Positions 13,680 to 26,113 of a stretch of DNA of 64,000 nt are shown piece after piece. The stretch's first letter is position 1. Every line of letters starts with the position of its first letter. Position numbers and translations under genes: made by a program. This stretch comes from Selaginella moellendorffii (taxonomy: Eukaryota; Plantae; Lycopodiophyta): positions 3,344,443 through 3,408,442 of the forward strand of contig NW_003314265.1 of assembly GCF_000143415.4 (NCBI RefSeq), in the 5' to 3' direction. The notes below the pieces were generated by a model, which saw only the letters and a program-made list of their open reading frames with translations, made no database searches and was not told where the DNA came from.

Positions 13680-13950
13680 TTCTACGTGCTATAGCTAACT
13701 ATACTATACTTAGTAAAGAGTTCCCATCTGGTCATGTTTTGCACTAGCTAGTGACAAAAACCCTTGAATATTGAGATTAATCCTTTAATATTGTTAGATG
13801 ATAATTTACTATGTCTGTCAAACACCCTCGCTATCATGCCCTATATATTGATCCCATTTGGTCCCAATAACTATTTATGGAAAGTATATAAATTTGTTAA
13901 TTAGGCATATTTATCGAATGTAGAGATTGTCTTAAAAGTTGTTGGTTTTT
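13680..13950 (+). repeat. Degenerate fragment of family A LTR
   Basis: Reverse-complement similarity to 46700-46930 (e.g. caaacaccctcgctatcatgccc). Confidence 0.65.
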
Positions 13951-14367
13951 GTTAGATTTGAGTTAAGGTTATATCGATCATATTGCACTTGTTATAAAGT
14001 GAGTTGCACTTTGCTATAAAAGATAGTTTCATGGCATATTAGCTTGGAGATCACCAATTAAGTATAGCTTCATTAGATTAATACAAATATGTTCTTCATT
14101 AACTCTTGCATTAAAAGTTTGACTTATAAATGTATTGAGGAAGATATTGTTAGTTATACTAAATTGATGCAAAACTTGTGATTATTCTTATATGGGATAT
14201 AGCTATATCTTTATTCAATTTTTTGGTTCTTTGAGTTCTAGTGTTCATTATTTTATTTATTAGGAGTTATCAAGGAAAGCATATTAGCTCATTAGCTCTA
14301 ATGTTTAATCTGATTCTTGCATATAGTAATAATTAAGAATGATTAATCATCATTTAGGATAACTAAT

Positions 14368-16764
14368 TGTAGTACATGTGGTTTTAACCCTTTACCTTAT
14401 GGTGATTTACCATACAATAACCACAAAATGGAACATAAACCCATAGCTACATATTTAAGGGCAATGGAGCAAAATTTAAATTTTAAGGTTTTGGGCTATT
14501 AAATGAAGGGATGGAGCAAAACTCCCAAGCATACATCCAAAAAGTGAAGGAACTAAAGTATGGATGGACTCTCAAATGTATAGTGTAAATAGTAAAAGGA
14601 CAAAAGCATGGAGCAACATTGGAATAATCATAGAGCATTCAATATTCTAATGCTATGACCAACATACAAAATAGAGCCAAATGAAATTTGGCACTATTTT
14701 AGCATATTGGTGGTCTAATATGAGAATAAAAGTACTCCACTAGCTAGCATGGTATAGAATTTGGGATTAGACCCAAGCCAAATGCAAAACAAAGACAAGT
14801 ACAAAAGCAAAAGTTATATTATGCCTTAGGTTGATTAGCCATGCCCAACTTCACTATTATCTCTATTATACATTTGGAACCCCTTAATTCTATCCTTATG
14901 CTATATATGAGGATTCGTTTCTCAACTAGCTTAGGCATAGACTAATAAAGGGTTTAGCAATATCGAACTCTTGCCATAATAGCAATAAAAAAAAAATCTA
15001 AAAGGACTTGCCAATAGATAACTTTTGATATTTGCAATCACATTCACAACATTCTTCCCCCTTTAAAGAAGATTGACGTTCTCATTAATATATATTTTAG
15101 TTTAAACCATTGCCAAAGAAACAACTCCAAAAAAAGTTTATGGTGTTCACATTTTATGAGAAATGCACCAATTTAAATGAGTTAAAGGGATAACCTTTTG
15201 TCCAACACATATGTGCTACAACTTAGACACCTTTTAGTTGTTACCAACAAGGAAATAACTAATAGAATTAGTCATCCTTGCTAGTCTGGATGTCATCTAA
15301 TTTACAAAACATAATATACCCTTGCTATAGGTGATATAGAGAGAGAAGTCAAAAGCCTTAACCTTCATAAATAAAAAAATTAAATCTGTCAGTAAGGTTT
15401 AGATAGAATTCTATAAACAAGCAGTTAGAATTGTTTATATGGCTATGCCCTTTAAACAAAATTAGGAACATTGAAATAGAGGCAGGTGATGTGATCAATT
15501 GATAATAGTTATCTTATGACTAGAGATTTCACCATGCATATAAAGTGCCAAAACTAACCTGCCTATACTAGCCTAACCCAAAGATCAATAAATGGACAAT
15601 ATCAAAATCATAGATAAAGATATTTTAGAGAAAATAATTTATCAATGAATAAATTGTATATTAAAGCACAAAAGTATTCCAATAAAATATTATCTTATAA
15701 AACAAGATTATAAGATAGGAACCACCAAGATCATTATAGTGTGAAGACATAGGATTAGCCATCTAATAAACATCAAATAGCAAAGATACCATCAAGAAAA
15801 CTTAATAATAAATTTCAACTATCAAAGATTATATTGTTTTATCACTAGGGTGATGATACAATAACATATAAAAACCACTAAAACCCTTGTGTTCTTGTAA
15901 AAAACACCAATTAGACATTGATAGCATGTTAAACAACTTATAAAAGACAACTTAAAAAACATAAAGTATCATTGAGTAATAAAAAAAAATGCTCATGAAT
16001 GTACCACCTAAAGGAAATAATATTCTAATCTAACAAAACCAACTTGAGCAACAATCAACAAAACAAAATGAATATAATAAAAACAATAAACACACATTCA
16101 TATGAATTATCACACTAGTGAGTCTAAAGAGATCTTAGTCATCAATACTAAAGAACCATAGTTGCTAAAGTAAACATCAGTAACATCCTACTACTAACTC
16201 AAACCCAAGAGATTAATCCAGAGCAATTCACAAAGAACTGTGGTTATGTAGAAAGCAAAATAAAATGATCAAGATAATAATTAACTATCATGAAAGATCA
16301 CTAATCATCCCATCAATAAAAAAACACATAATCATCTTTGAAGAAATAATCCACCATCCTGAAAAATGGCAAACCATCTAACATCAACAATAATCATGTA
16401 AAACCTCTAACAAAGATAATTAACTATCCTAAATGATAGTCAATTATCACCAATGATTACTAGATGTGAGAACCAACTTGATTTACAGAATTAATGAGTT
16501 ACAATGCTTTCCTTGAGAACTCCTAACAAATAAAAAATTGAGTACATAAACCACCAAAAACTTGAAAAATCTATATCTAAATCTTGTATAATAACACCCA
16601 TAAGTCTTGTATCATTCAACTTCAATGCAAAAAAATAAATCATGGTATACCCCACAATAACCATCTCAGCACATCTATAAGACAAACTTAATAATGAAAA
16701 GTTAATGAAGAATATATTTACATTAATCCAAAAACTAAGCACAATGAAACTATGCTTAATAATT
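14368..16764 (-). mobile_element. Old truncated family A copy (3' LTR 14368-15051, PPT, internal region)
   Basis: TG...CA LTR homologous to 45998-47114. Adjacent ttcttccccc is a PPT on the minus strand. Internal region matches 47115-48270. Confidence 0.8.
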
Positions 16765-16915
16765 TATTGTGAATGTGATTGCGAGTATCAAATGTTATAT
16801 GTCAATAAATCTTTTTGGATATTTTTTCTTTACTACTATGATGGTAAGAAATCGGTATTGTTGGATATTTTATCAATCCCTCTTGTGCTAGTGGAGTTAA
16901 TTAGGCATTTCGAGT
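16765..16915 (+). repeat. Family A LTR 5'-end fragment
   Basis: tattgtgaatgtgattgcgagtatcaaa resembles the LTR start tgtcgcgaatgtgacttcgggtatcgaa. Confidence 0.6.
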
Positions 16916-17361
16916 GGGGTTGGGTAGTTTTTGAGCTGAGCTCAAGTTAATAAAAGTTAATGAAAGTCAATATAGTCCAGCATACAAAAGTTGATGTTGA
17001 AATGATTGGTTCAGAATGAACCAACAATTTTATTTAAAACTTAAGACATATTTTTGGTCCAAGAAAAAGTTAAATAATATATATTCAATAAGAAAATAAG
17101 TATCATGAGTCAAAGAAGAAACTCTATAATACCACTAAAAAATTTGACTAAAAGAAAAACTAAACTTAGTCTTCCTCGGCATCCACATCTATAAAGGGAG
17201 GAGTTTATATAGTATTATGCTCTCTAACTGTGGGCTCTTGTTGTATATAAGCTTTTGCCATTGCTTTTGCATAATATGGCAAATTATAGCCCACGTTATT
17301 GATCCACCTAATATACACAACCATGATGGAATTACTATAATGAGAAATTTATACTTTAGTA

Positions 17362-18164
17362 TCACCTATTATGAAATGTCCTAAGAACACCTTCAAATGC
17401 ACTCTCCTTCTCTAGTGCAAAAACTACATGGCCAAGCACCATCGAACCAAAATTTGCTGTAGCGTCAAGCATAATCCCTTTAAGAGGACAAAATAGCTCT
17501 AGGAGGATTTACATGGCCTTTGGTGAATAGTGTCGATAGCCAGGGAACTCTATATGATGGTCCTCGTCGATGACATTCGGGATGATGTTTGTTGAGCTAT
17601 CATATCTTGGCAATGCCAAACCTACACACTCATCAGCTCATGTAATACTGTGATGGCAAGAGTAGTAGTAAAGAGCATGGTAGTTCTATGCTAAAACCTA
17701 CAATGAAAAGAGGCAATTAATTTAATATATGAAAAACAAGGAAATGCAAACCTTTTGGATTCAGCCACTTGTTCTTTTTGTTTAGACTGGGATGTTTGAG
17801 AGTAGGCAACCCAATGCAAACTCAACCAATCTAGAGTTATCATTCTTTGCCATTGTTGCAAAAAGACCTCCCCAAAATAAAGAATAGGGAAAAATGACTA
17901 GCATAATGCCCTCATATCGCAACACCTTGGATGCCACATCCACTGCTTGAGAAATATAGTCTGGTCAAAGGATGTTTCAAGATGGAGTGTTGCCTTGTAA
18001 AGGTGGTAACCCATTAGGCAAGTCGAAGAATGCGAAGTTGATGCCAAAGGTATTGTTCATTCCCAATCCTTGCATCCATCTATAAAACATAAAAGACTCT
18101 TGGCTCACATCGTTGGAAAGCTAAAAGTAGTACCCAATAACTATTTCCACGTTGCCAACACTTC
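17362..18164 (-). pseudogene. Beta-class (N6_N4_Mtase-like) DNA amino-methyltransferase pseudogene, intron-containing
   Basis: Manual translation: NVEIVIGYYF...GINFAFFDLPNG (motif IV-like, 18010-18024)...YISQAVDVASKVLRYEGIMLVIF...ILLELFCPLKGIMLDATANFGSMVLGHVVFALEKE (motif X-I-II-like, ~17400-17500). Several stops, one frameshift, GT-AG intron at ~17700-17750. Confidence 0.7.
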
Positions 18165-18340
18165 CTGTAGGAGAAAGAAGGCAAACCTAAATAGTGTTCA
18201 AAATTGGGAAATATTAAAGTTAATACATGTTTTTTTTCACACCTGTTTGTGTGAAGCTATTGAAGATAACTCATGGAGGTCATCCTCTGTAGCAATGGGG
18301 AGTGTAGCGCATGTGATTATGGGATGAGATTTGGATATAC

Positions 18341-18888
18341 TGTCACCGTGGATCCTTGGAACCTTGAGGGATAAATAGGGATAAAATAGCCATTAAAGGC
18401 TCTCTCATTAAGCAATTGCCCCTTTTTTTAGTTGGCTTAAGAGGAGAGAGATAAGGTGCGTTACATGTGGTATCGAAGCAAATGGCACAGGTTTGATTCC
18501 CATTGATTAGTAGCTACTTAAAAATATAATATACCCTTGAGCAAGATATATTCCTACCCCTAAATTTGAAATCGTATGTATTGGACATCCATGCGTACAT
18601 CTTTCCTCTTATGTGAAGTATCCACGGACAAAGGTATCCACTGTAGGACTGCGATATGGGTGGATGACTAGTTGCTTCACATGGAATAGCTAGTTTATAC
18701 AATGGAAGGATTGATAGATTAAGTGCGAAAATGGAGGTGTTAGTTCCCTTTGGCTCAATAGGGGTTGTTGTTGGATCCTTTGAACTTTAGGGGATAAATG
18801 GGCATAAAATAGCCACTAAGGGCTCTCTCATAAAGCAATTGCCCTTTTTCCTAGTTGGCTTAAGGGGAGAGAGATAAAGTGCGTTACA
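18341..18888 (+). mobile_element. Degenerate TRIM-like miniature LTR element
   Basis: Direct repeats of ~125 bp (18341-18465 and 18766-18888), both TG...TTACA. PBS-like TGGTATCGAAGC at 18468-18479. Purine run before the second repeat. No TSD found. Confidence 0.55.
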
Positions 18889-19907
18889 GGGAGGGATGGA
18901 AAGAATGCATTTGTACGTCAGCGTATAGAGTGTTAGCTGGTTTCTTTGACATCTACAACCAAATTACAATAAGCAAGGTCATTGGAAATCAAGTTCTTAC
19001 TCTCTTGGATATCCTTACTATGAAGTTACCTTCATATATTTCAAGCAGTCGGGGTTGGACGAGCAATGGCAGTAGGATCTGGGGAATGAGTAATTGTTGT
19101 AGGATGAGATGGGGTAGGAGAGTTTTCAACCGGGTTCTCCATTTGTTCCTCTTTGGTCTGCTCAATATGAATCTCATCCCTATATTGAGGCATCTCCACT
19201 CCCTCCAAAAGTGCCTCTACAATAGGAAGTTTTACTCATCAAACCTAAATGGCACTCTAGGTAAAGATTGAGCTCAAAAGGTGATGATGGCATTTGCTTC
19301 CACAACTCCAAATACCATGGATAAAGTTCTCACTCTCACGCAATGGGACAATGAAACTCTAGTTTATATATGCCAAGCTTCTTCCCACTAGTTAAGAGCT
19401 TGAGAAAAACACTTGTTGTGTACATGAGAGCACCTGGGCAATGATTTAAATACCTTCAAAAGAGCTATGATTAAATAACCAAGTCAATGTCTTGCAATAT
19501 ACTTATATGCCATATAACACGAGAAAAATGGTTGGCCTGGTTAGTTCTTGAAATCCATGGAGCTTGAGCTACCATCAGGAAGCCATCCATACCCAAGCTC
19601 TTAAAGGGAAGCTCAGACATATTCTGGAAGTGTTATGTTAGTGTAGGCACTAATAAGGAACTTTGTATTCCAGCGGCCACCAAAGTGCCTGAGGTGGAGT
19701 TTGGGCCCACTTCATATTTTTTCTTTTTCTTTAAAAGAAAATAGTACCACCTAAAAAAGTTGTTGGAGCTAAGAAGACACAAAAAGTTGAATTTAACACT
19801 GATGAAGATATTATAATTGATATGTCCATTGGCATATCAATAGAGACGCAATTGCTTAAAGATCCACCGCCTCCACCACCATCACCTCTGCCATCACCAC
19901 CTCCACC

Positions 19908-20007
19908 NNNNNNNNNNNNNNNNNNNNNNNNNNNNNNNNNNNNNNNNNNNNNNNNNNNNNNNNNNNNNNNNNNNNNNNNNNNNNNNNNNNNNNNNNNNNN
20001 NNNNNNN
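19908..20007. other. Assembly gap (100 N)
   Basis: Run of N. Confidence 1.
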
Positions 20008-20660
20008 GTAACTTCGCGTATCAAAAGTTATCTATCGGCTAGTCCTATCAGATATTCTTCCCTTACTGCCATGACGGCAAGAGGTTAGTATTGCTAAACC
20101 CTTTATCAGTCCCTCTTATGCTACTAGAATTAACTAGGCATTTCAAGTGTACTTAGACCAGACGAGCATACGGACGGAAATCCTACATGCTATTATCTAA
20201 GCATATTTAGCTTGGTAAGGAGTTCCTATCTCATTGTGTTTTGCTAATGACAAGAACCCTTGTGTATTGAGACTAATCTCTCAATATTGTTAAATGATAA
20301 CTTACCATGTCTACCAAACACCCTCATTATTATGCCCTTTGTGTTAGTCTCATTTTGGTCCCAATTACTATTTATCAAAAGTGTCTAGATTTGCTCATTT
20401 GGCATATCTACAGAATGTAGAGATTGTCCTGAATGCAATGGTGTTCGTCCCATGTCTAAATTTACAATTTAGAGACATTCTAAATTTAGTAAATTTCAAG
20501 TTTGTCTTAGAGACTAACTCCTAGTACTAAGGGAGGCTTGGGGTAAAAGCCCAAAGCGTGTGTTCCTCAAGGAAAGGGGGGTTCCAAATGTATAGTAGGG
20601 ATAGTGGGTAGGTCAGGCATGGCCGACCAACCTGAGGTAAAGTCTAACTCCTGCTTACGT
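20008..20660 (+). repeat. Partial family A LTR
   Basis: Reverse complement of ~46440-47105 (e.g. ggttccaaatgtatagtagggatagtgggtaggtc). Confidence 0.85.
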
Positions 20661-22482
20661 GTCAACATCTTCAGATTCCACTTTGCCATCTTAAGCAGAG
20701 TCACTATGTGTGCTTAGCTTATGACCTCAACATGGCTATTTATACCTTTTTCACAAAGGTTGGATTTGGGTATACTGCTGGATCATTTATTATATCATCA
20801 TCATTCCCCGGAACAAATCACATAGATATAGTCACTCGCAAGATCAAGCAGACTTGGGATCAAATATAGCAGAGGAAATCTCAAGAGTTTGATACTTTAA
20901 TAGTGTGCTACAAAGAGACACAAGCCTTTGTAGGCTGGATGTTCTTCATTATTGATGGAAACCACTAGTGGCTAGTGTTTTGGATGGCTTCCATATTTTT
21001 TCTTGTTGCTTCTGTCATCTTCTGTCGCTAGCCTAAGCTCAACCTTGGGCACTTTGGCCCCCTGATAGGCCGAGGTTATTCAAATAACCTCAACCACTTG
21101 GGCAGCCAAAGTGCCCGAGGTCGAGCTTGGGCTAACTACCTAATTCACCCTTGGTGGCATTGTTCCTTCTTGATCTCTTGATCATGCTTAATCTCTTGAT
21201 CATGCTAGATCTCTTGCACTCTCTCACTCTCAATCTCAACTCGTGTTCACACTCACATGCTCGATCTCCCATACTCTCCCGCATTCGATCTCTCGCACTT
21301 GCGCGCTCAATCTCTCACACTCACGTGCTCCACACTCAATCTCTTGATCTCTTACGCACTCAATCCCTCAATCTCTTGCACGCTCAATCGCTCGATCTCT
21401 CATGCACTCAATCTCTTGATCTCTTATGTGCTCCAGTGCAAACAGTTACCCTAACCCTAATCCTGATGACCCCTCGACCTATTCTCAAACTTTAAATAGG
21501 TAAAGCAGCCGACTCATTCTGGACATTCATTCTGAATAACCTAAATCTCAACCATCACAATATCTTCAATCTTATTTTATCTTATCATTATTATTATATG
21601 TGAATTATGCTTCTTTATTTTGTATATTTTAATGATGATATAACTAGCACCTATCAATGTTTTTGTTATTAGAGATATGATATTATTTTTTCCAAATTAT
21701 CTAGAAAGGATGCATTCTCATCAATATTTTGTACATATTTTGGAATCATTATAAGAACTTTAAAGAGTATAAAAAGACAAATTTTAATATGTTGTACTAT
21801 ATTCATCTATGAATGGATGAATCCTCATCTAGAAATTTATTTTGTGTTGTATTAAATCCTAAATAATAGGGACGTGCTTTAAATGTCATTGAGCAATGTT
21901 CACAATTATGGGTTATGAGTTGTACTACAAAACAAATCTGTCATTGAAGAATAAGATTTGACACTTAAGATTTGACAACTTGACATATCACATGTGCTGA
22001 CAGTTAAATTGGATCTTTTAAATTGACATGTTATAGTAGAATGTCATTACTAATATCATTATTGACTATCAAACTTCACATACTGAAATTCCTTCTTTGA
22101 ATTTATGTGTATACATGCATCAGATATCATAATAGATAACAGTAATATCAATATTGTCACACTTGCACATGTTAAATTTGCTATAGAATTTAAATTCATT
22201 TTGTAATTCTTCTTATTGCTCTATGTAAATTTCAATTATGTTTCACTATGGATTTTTACAGATAGCATAAAATGAGAAAATTCCAAAACCTATTAAGAAG
22301 GATAGAGAGGTCTTTATTTTCAATATCACCCACATTTTTCATTCTCTCAAAGTATTGTTTCCAAATGTTTTTTATATTGGCATTTTGATCTTCATCTTGG
22401 CTCTATTTCTTTAGAGGTTGTGATTCACAATGACACCAGTATAGTTGCATGCTTAGAGTTTCTTTTTCTCAGTGTAGGCAAG

Positions 22483-23077
22483 TGTAAACTCCTAAGTTTG
22501 GACTTCCCAAGAGGTCACCCAGCCCAGTACTATTCAAACCCAAAGACGCTTAACTCCAAGTATCCCAAGACCCTTAACCAATTAGAAAAAGGGGTGCACT
22601 CTTTTTTATGGGCCATTTCCCTTTATATTTGAACCTCTATGGATCGTCTTTCGAGTCGTTCCCTTTGGTTGCTTATAATCCACCACACTTCTCTGCAAGT
22701 TCACGCCCTCGTGAATGGAAGCTGAGAGCCACAGCTCTCCCGAGAGCCCCACTCTCTTGACACCCTACCTCTCGGATCGAGCCCAGCGGGAGCAAACTGG
22801 ACTAGCCAAATGTCAATCAACATGTGGTGTGATTCCTCTAAGCCAACCAACAGAGTCGGACCTGAGACTTCTCTGATACCAAATGTAAGCTCCTAAGTTT
22901 GGACTTCCAGGAGGTCACCCAGCCCAGTACTATTCAAACCCAAGGACACTTAACTCCAAATATCCCAAGACCCTTAACCAATTGGAAAAGGGGGTGCATT
23001 CTTTTTCATAGGCCCTTTCCCTTTATATTTGAACCCCTATGGATCATCTCTCAAGTCGTTCCCTTTGGTTGCTTACA
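22483..23077 (-). mobile_element. Cassandra-type TRIM (LTRs carrying a 5S rRNA-derived segment)
   Basis: LTRs 22483-22677 and 22884-23077. TSD GCAAG (22478-82, 23078-82). iMet PBS TGGTATCAGAG at 22871-22881. 206-bp internal region. LTR minus strand GGAGTTAAGTGTCCTTGGGTTTGAATAGTACTGGGCTGGGTGACCTCCTGGAAGTCC resembles the 5S A-box/IE/C-box region. Confidence 0.92.
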
Positions 23078-23312
23078 GCAAGGGTGGATAGTAATGGGAT
23101 TTATAGAATTCCAAGTTGAAGGAGATTCGAATTTTGGGATCTCCAGTCAAAGTGCACTCTAGCTAAAGTGAACGTGAAGCAAGAGTCAGTCATTATCCTC
23201 TTGTTCTCTTTTAGTTCAAGTAGAAAAGTTATGCTAGTGTTGGGTTGAATTCACTAGCTCCAGCTCCATCTTTAGCAATATTCAAAGTTGTTAGCAATAC
23301 TTTCCAATTTTT

Positions 23313-24952
23313 TGTAAGCGACTAACTTTTCCATTCTTCTTTAGTCACTTAACCACACCTCTAACCACTTGGAGGAATCTCTTTCTCAACCTCCATAAGT
23401 CCAATTTAGGACTTGGGGCTTGCTAGCCCCGAGAATGGCATCCATACCACTCAACCTTTGCACTTGGTCCAAGTGCTCCACGTGCCCGATCTTATGACCG
23501 ACACTCCAAGGTACCACCGACATATCAGCCTGTTATGCTAAGGCCATACCCATTTACCTTGGTTACACCGGTGGTTTAATACCACCTGCATCATAGTCCC
23601 GTTTCTTAAAGATTAGGCTATCCATCCATGAATGATTATCCCAGATCCACTCCTTAGCATCCTTAGGATGCCCGTAGACAAGGGGAATAACCTTCCCTAA
23701 TATCTCTTTTCCAATTCCCACCGAGTCCCTTTTTATCCATGGTCATGTTCACCAACACTGGCACTGGATCAAGGCCCACAGGCCCAACCACCAAGTCCCA
23801 CTATCCACTAAGACTTCTTCACTGTGTGATCATATCCTTAGTCACCACACTAGAGGATTACTCTTCTTCCTTTCCACAGTCTAGGACTTCGGGACAACAC
23901 TTTGGAATATTGTGACCTACGCAAGCCTCATGGGTACTTTCCTTGCCTTCCGCTTATGGGTGCTCTAGCCATGGGTTTAGAGCAAGGTTTTGTTGAGTTA
24001 TACCAAGTATCTAAGTAGGTAGTGCCACCCACACTTAGATTGGGAGCATCGACCATTCGATCTCCCGGGGGAACTAGAGCCAGCTCTTGAACACTTCACC
24101 AAGCTACCTTATTTGTCGGTCCGTATTCACTTTAATCTTGGACTTCCCAGTGGTTAACTCATCACCGAACACTTGGGTACAGCCTTCCTGGGCCAAATTA
24201 GCCTTTCCTGGCCAAACTAGCTCCGTTGTGCTCCAACCCCCACACTCTTCCTACTATACTTTTGGAACCCTCTGCAGACCCCCTATATTAGTATTTGGAT
24301 TCGGACTCAGACTCAGTCTTAGTCTCGGATTCGGACTCGGACTCAGTCTTAGTCTCGGTCTCAGTCTCAGTCTCGATCTCGGTTCCATCTCAGACTCCAT
24401 CTCGGGTCCATTTTAGACTCCATCTCGGACTCCATCTTGGACTCCATCTCAGACTCCATCTCAAACTCCATTTTGGACTTCATCTCAAGTCCATCTCGGA
24501 CTCCATCTTGGGTCCACCTCGGACTCCATCTCAAGTCCATCTCGGACTCCATCTTGGGTCCACCTCGGACTCCATCTCGAACTCCATCTTGGGTCCATCT
24601 TGGACTCCATCTCAGGTCCATCTTGGACTCCATCTTGAGCTCTATCTCAGGTCCATCTCAGATTCCATCTCGGGTGGTCCATCTCGGGTCCATCTCGGGT
24701 CCATCTCGGGTCCATCTCGGGTCCTCCACATATCATGTGTTGGTCCTCTTGTGTCCCTTTTCTAGAGACTCACTTATTGCTTGCTTTGTGCTTGTTCCTT
24801 TAGCCCTTCGTTAGGAGTTCCACTCCCACTCTTGACCTTTCAAGTTGGAGTTTTTAGTCCAAACGTGTTATGCTCATTTGGCTTTCGCTTTGGCCACTAC
24901 CACGTGGAACCCTTTCGGCTCCACTTTGGGGCTTAGGGATTTTTGTCTCACA
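23313..24952 (-). mobile_element. Solo LTR of family B with internal (GGACTCCATCTC)n array
   Basis: TGTAAG...CTCACA ends. TSD TTTTT (23308-12, 24953-57). Homologous along its length to 26114-27905. Confidence 0.85.
24297..24725. repeat. 6/12-bp unit minisatellite inside LTR B
   Basis: Tandem CTCGGA/CTCAGT, then GGACTCCATCTC/GGTCCATCTC units. Confidence 0.95.
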
Positions 24953-24989
24953 TTTTTGTGCCTCTCAATTGATGTGCACTTGTTTTTGT

Positions 24990-26100
24990 ATAAGCTCATG
25001 AGCAAGCTTCCATCCTCGTATAATAGCAACATTTTTTTTGAGCTACCACCTCTTGTCAACAACACAAGTTCCAAAATGAAGGGGATGGAAATCAAGCAAA
25101 ATATCCATAATTGGTGCAAGATCAAAACTACACACTTCCAACATTTTAAATACATAGTGTCTATACTTCATTATGGAGGGCATTTAGATTGCATGGATGA
25201 AGCATACAATCAAGATTGCTATAGAAATTTTATATTTTTCAAAGGGTTTGCAATCAATCCTCCAATCTATGACACCATTGTTGTTGGATTCAAGTGTCGA
25301 TTCTGCAAAAACACTCTGTTATATCATACTATCTACAAGGCCAATATGTACTACTTTCTTCCATGGGTTGGAGTGGCTTGAAGAGCTATAATACATGTTG
25401 GCACACATATACATCCAATGCAGGAAGGGATACAAAAGAGTTTTCTTAACCATTTAAAAGATGCTATGCAAGAAGAGACATAGGAAACTCATTTATAACT
25501 CTAAAGCATGTTCAAAAGACTGTCCTTAAGGATTTTATTGCAAACACCTTACTTAATCTAACTTGCCAAAAGATTCCACTAAATGAGGATAGCTTGTGGG
25601 ACTTATTACGAGGAGTACAACCTACTACTAGCCTAAGGAAGTATGTCTATTATATTTCATACATTACAATAATATCTTTTTCTTACATTATATTGTTTAG
25701 GATAAAATCTTGGATGTGTGAATCTCGAGATGGGAAGTTGAAATAAAAAATTAACTCCATCATTGAATTGAAATAAATATGTCCATATGAGTTCATCAAT
25801 AGAAGTTTATTTCCAGACCAAGTTGTGAATGAGTAGGAGCGCCCCTTTATCTTCAAAATATCTACCATAAGCTTTACCTTTGGTGTAGATCTTATTTCCC
25901 AAATGGACATTTTTGGGTCTAATAACCTTGCAAATGCATGGGTACATTTTGCCTACATGAAGCACATATCGGGTTGTACCATGAGAGCTCATGTGTATGA
26001 TCCAAGGTAATTTTTATTCTCATTATATTCAAATTGTTGTAATATTTATGTTTTCACAGGCTACATTGTAACTTGACAATTGCGACATTAGAGATTAAAG
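24990..26100 (+). pseudogene. Decayed DNA-transposase-like gene with a GCM-like Zn-binding N-terminus
   Basis: WCKIKTT...GGHLDC...FKCRFCK...IHVGTHIHP Cys/His spacing resembles GCM domains of Mutator-related transposases. Downstream AHVYDP motif. Stops, frameshifts and introns; cut by LTR B at 26114. Confidence 0.45.
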
Positions 26101-26113
26101 TACAAGACTAGAC

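Noticed and set aside
19731-20088. Proline/glycine-rich ORFs spanning the N run
   Set aside because: They cross an assembly gap; the right side is LTR sequence.
21448-21460. Interstitial telomere
   Set aside because: Only about two ACCCTA units, more consistent with a telobox or chance.
22500-22957. Genuine 5S rRNA genes
   Set aside because: Only ~57-nt internal segments, embedded in paired LTRs with PBS and TSD.
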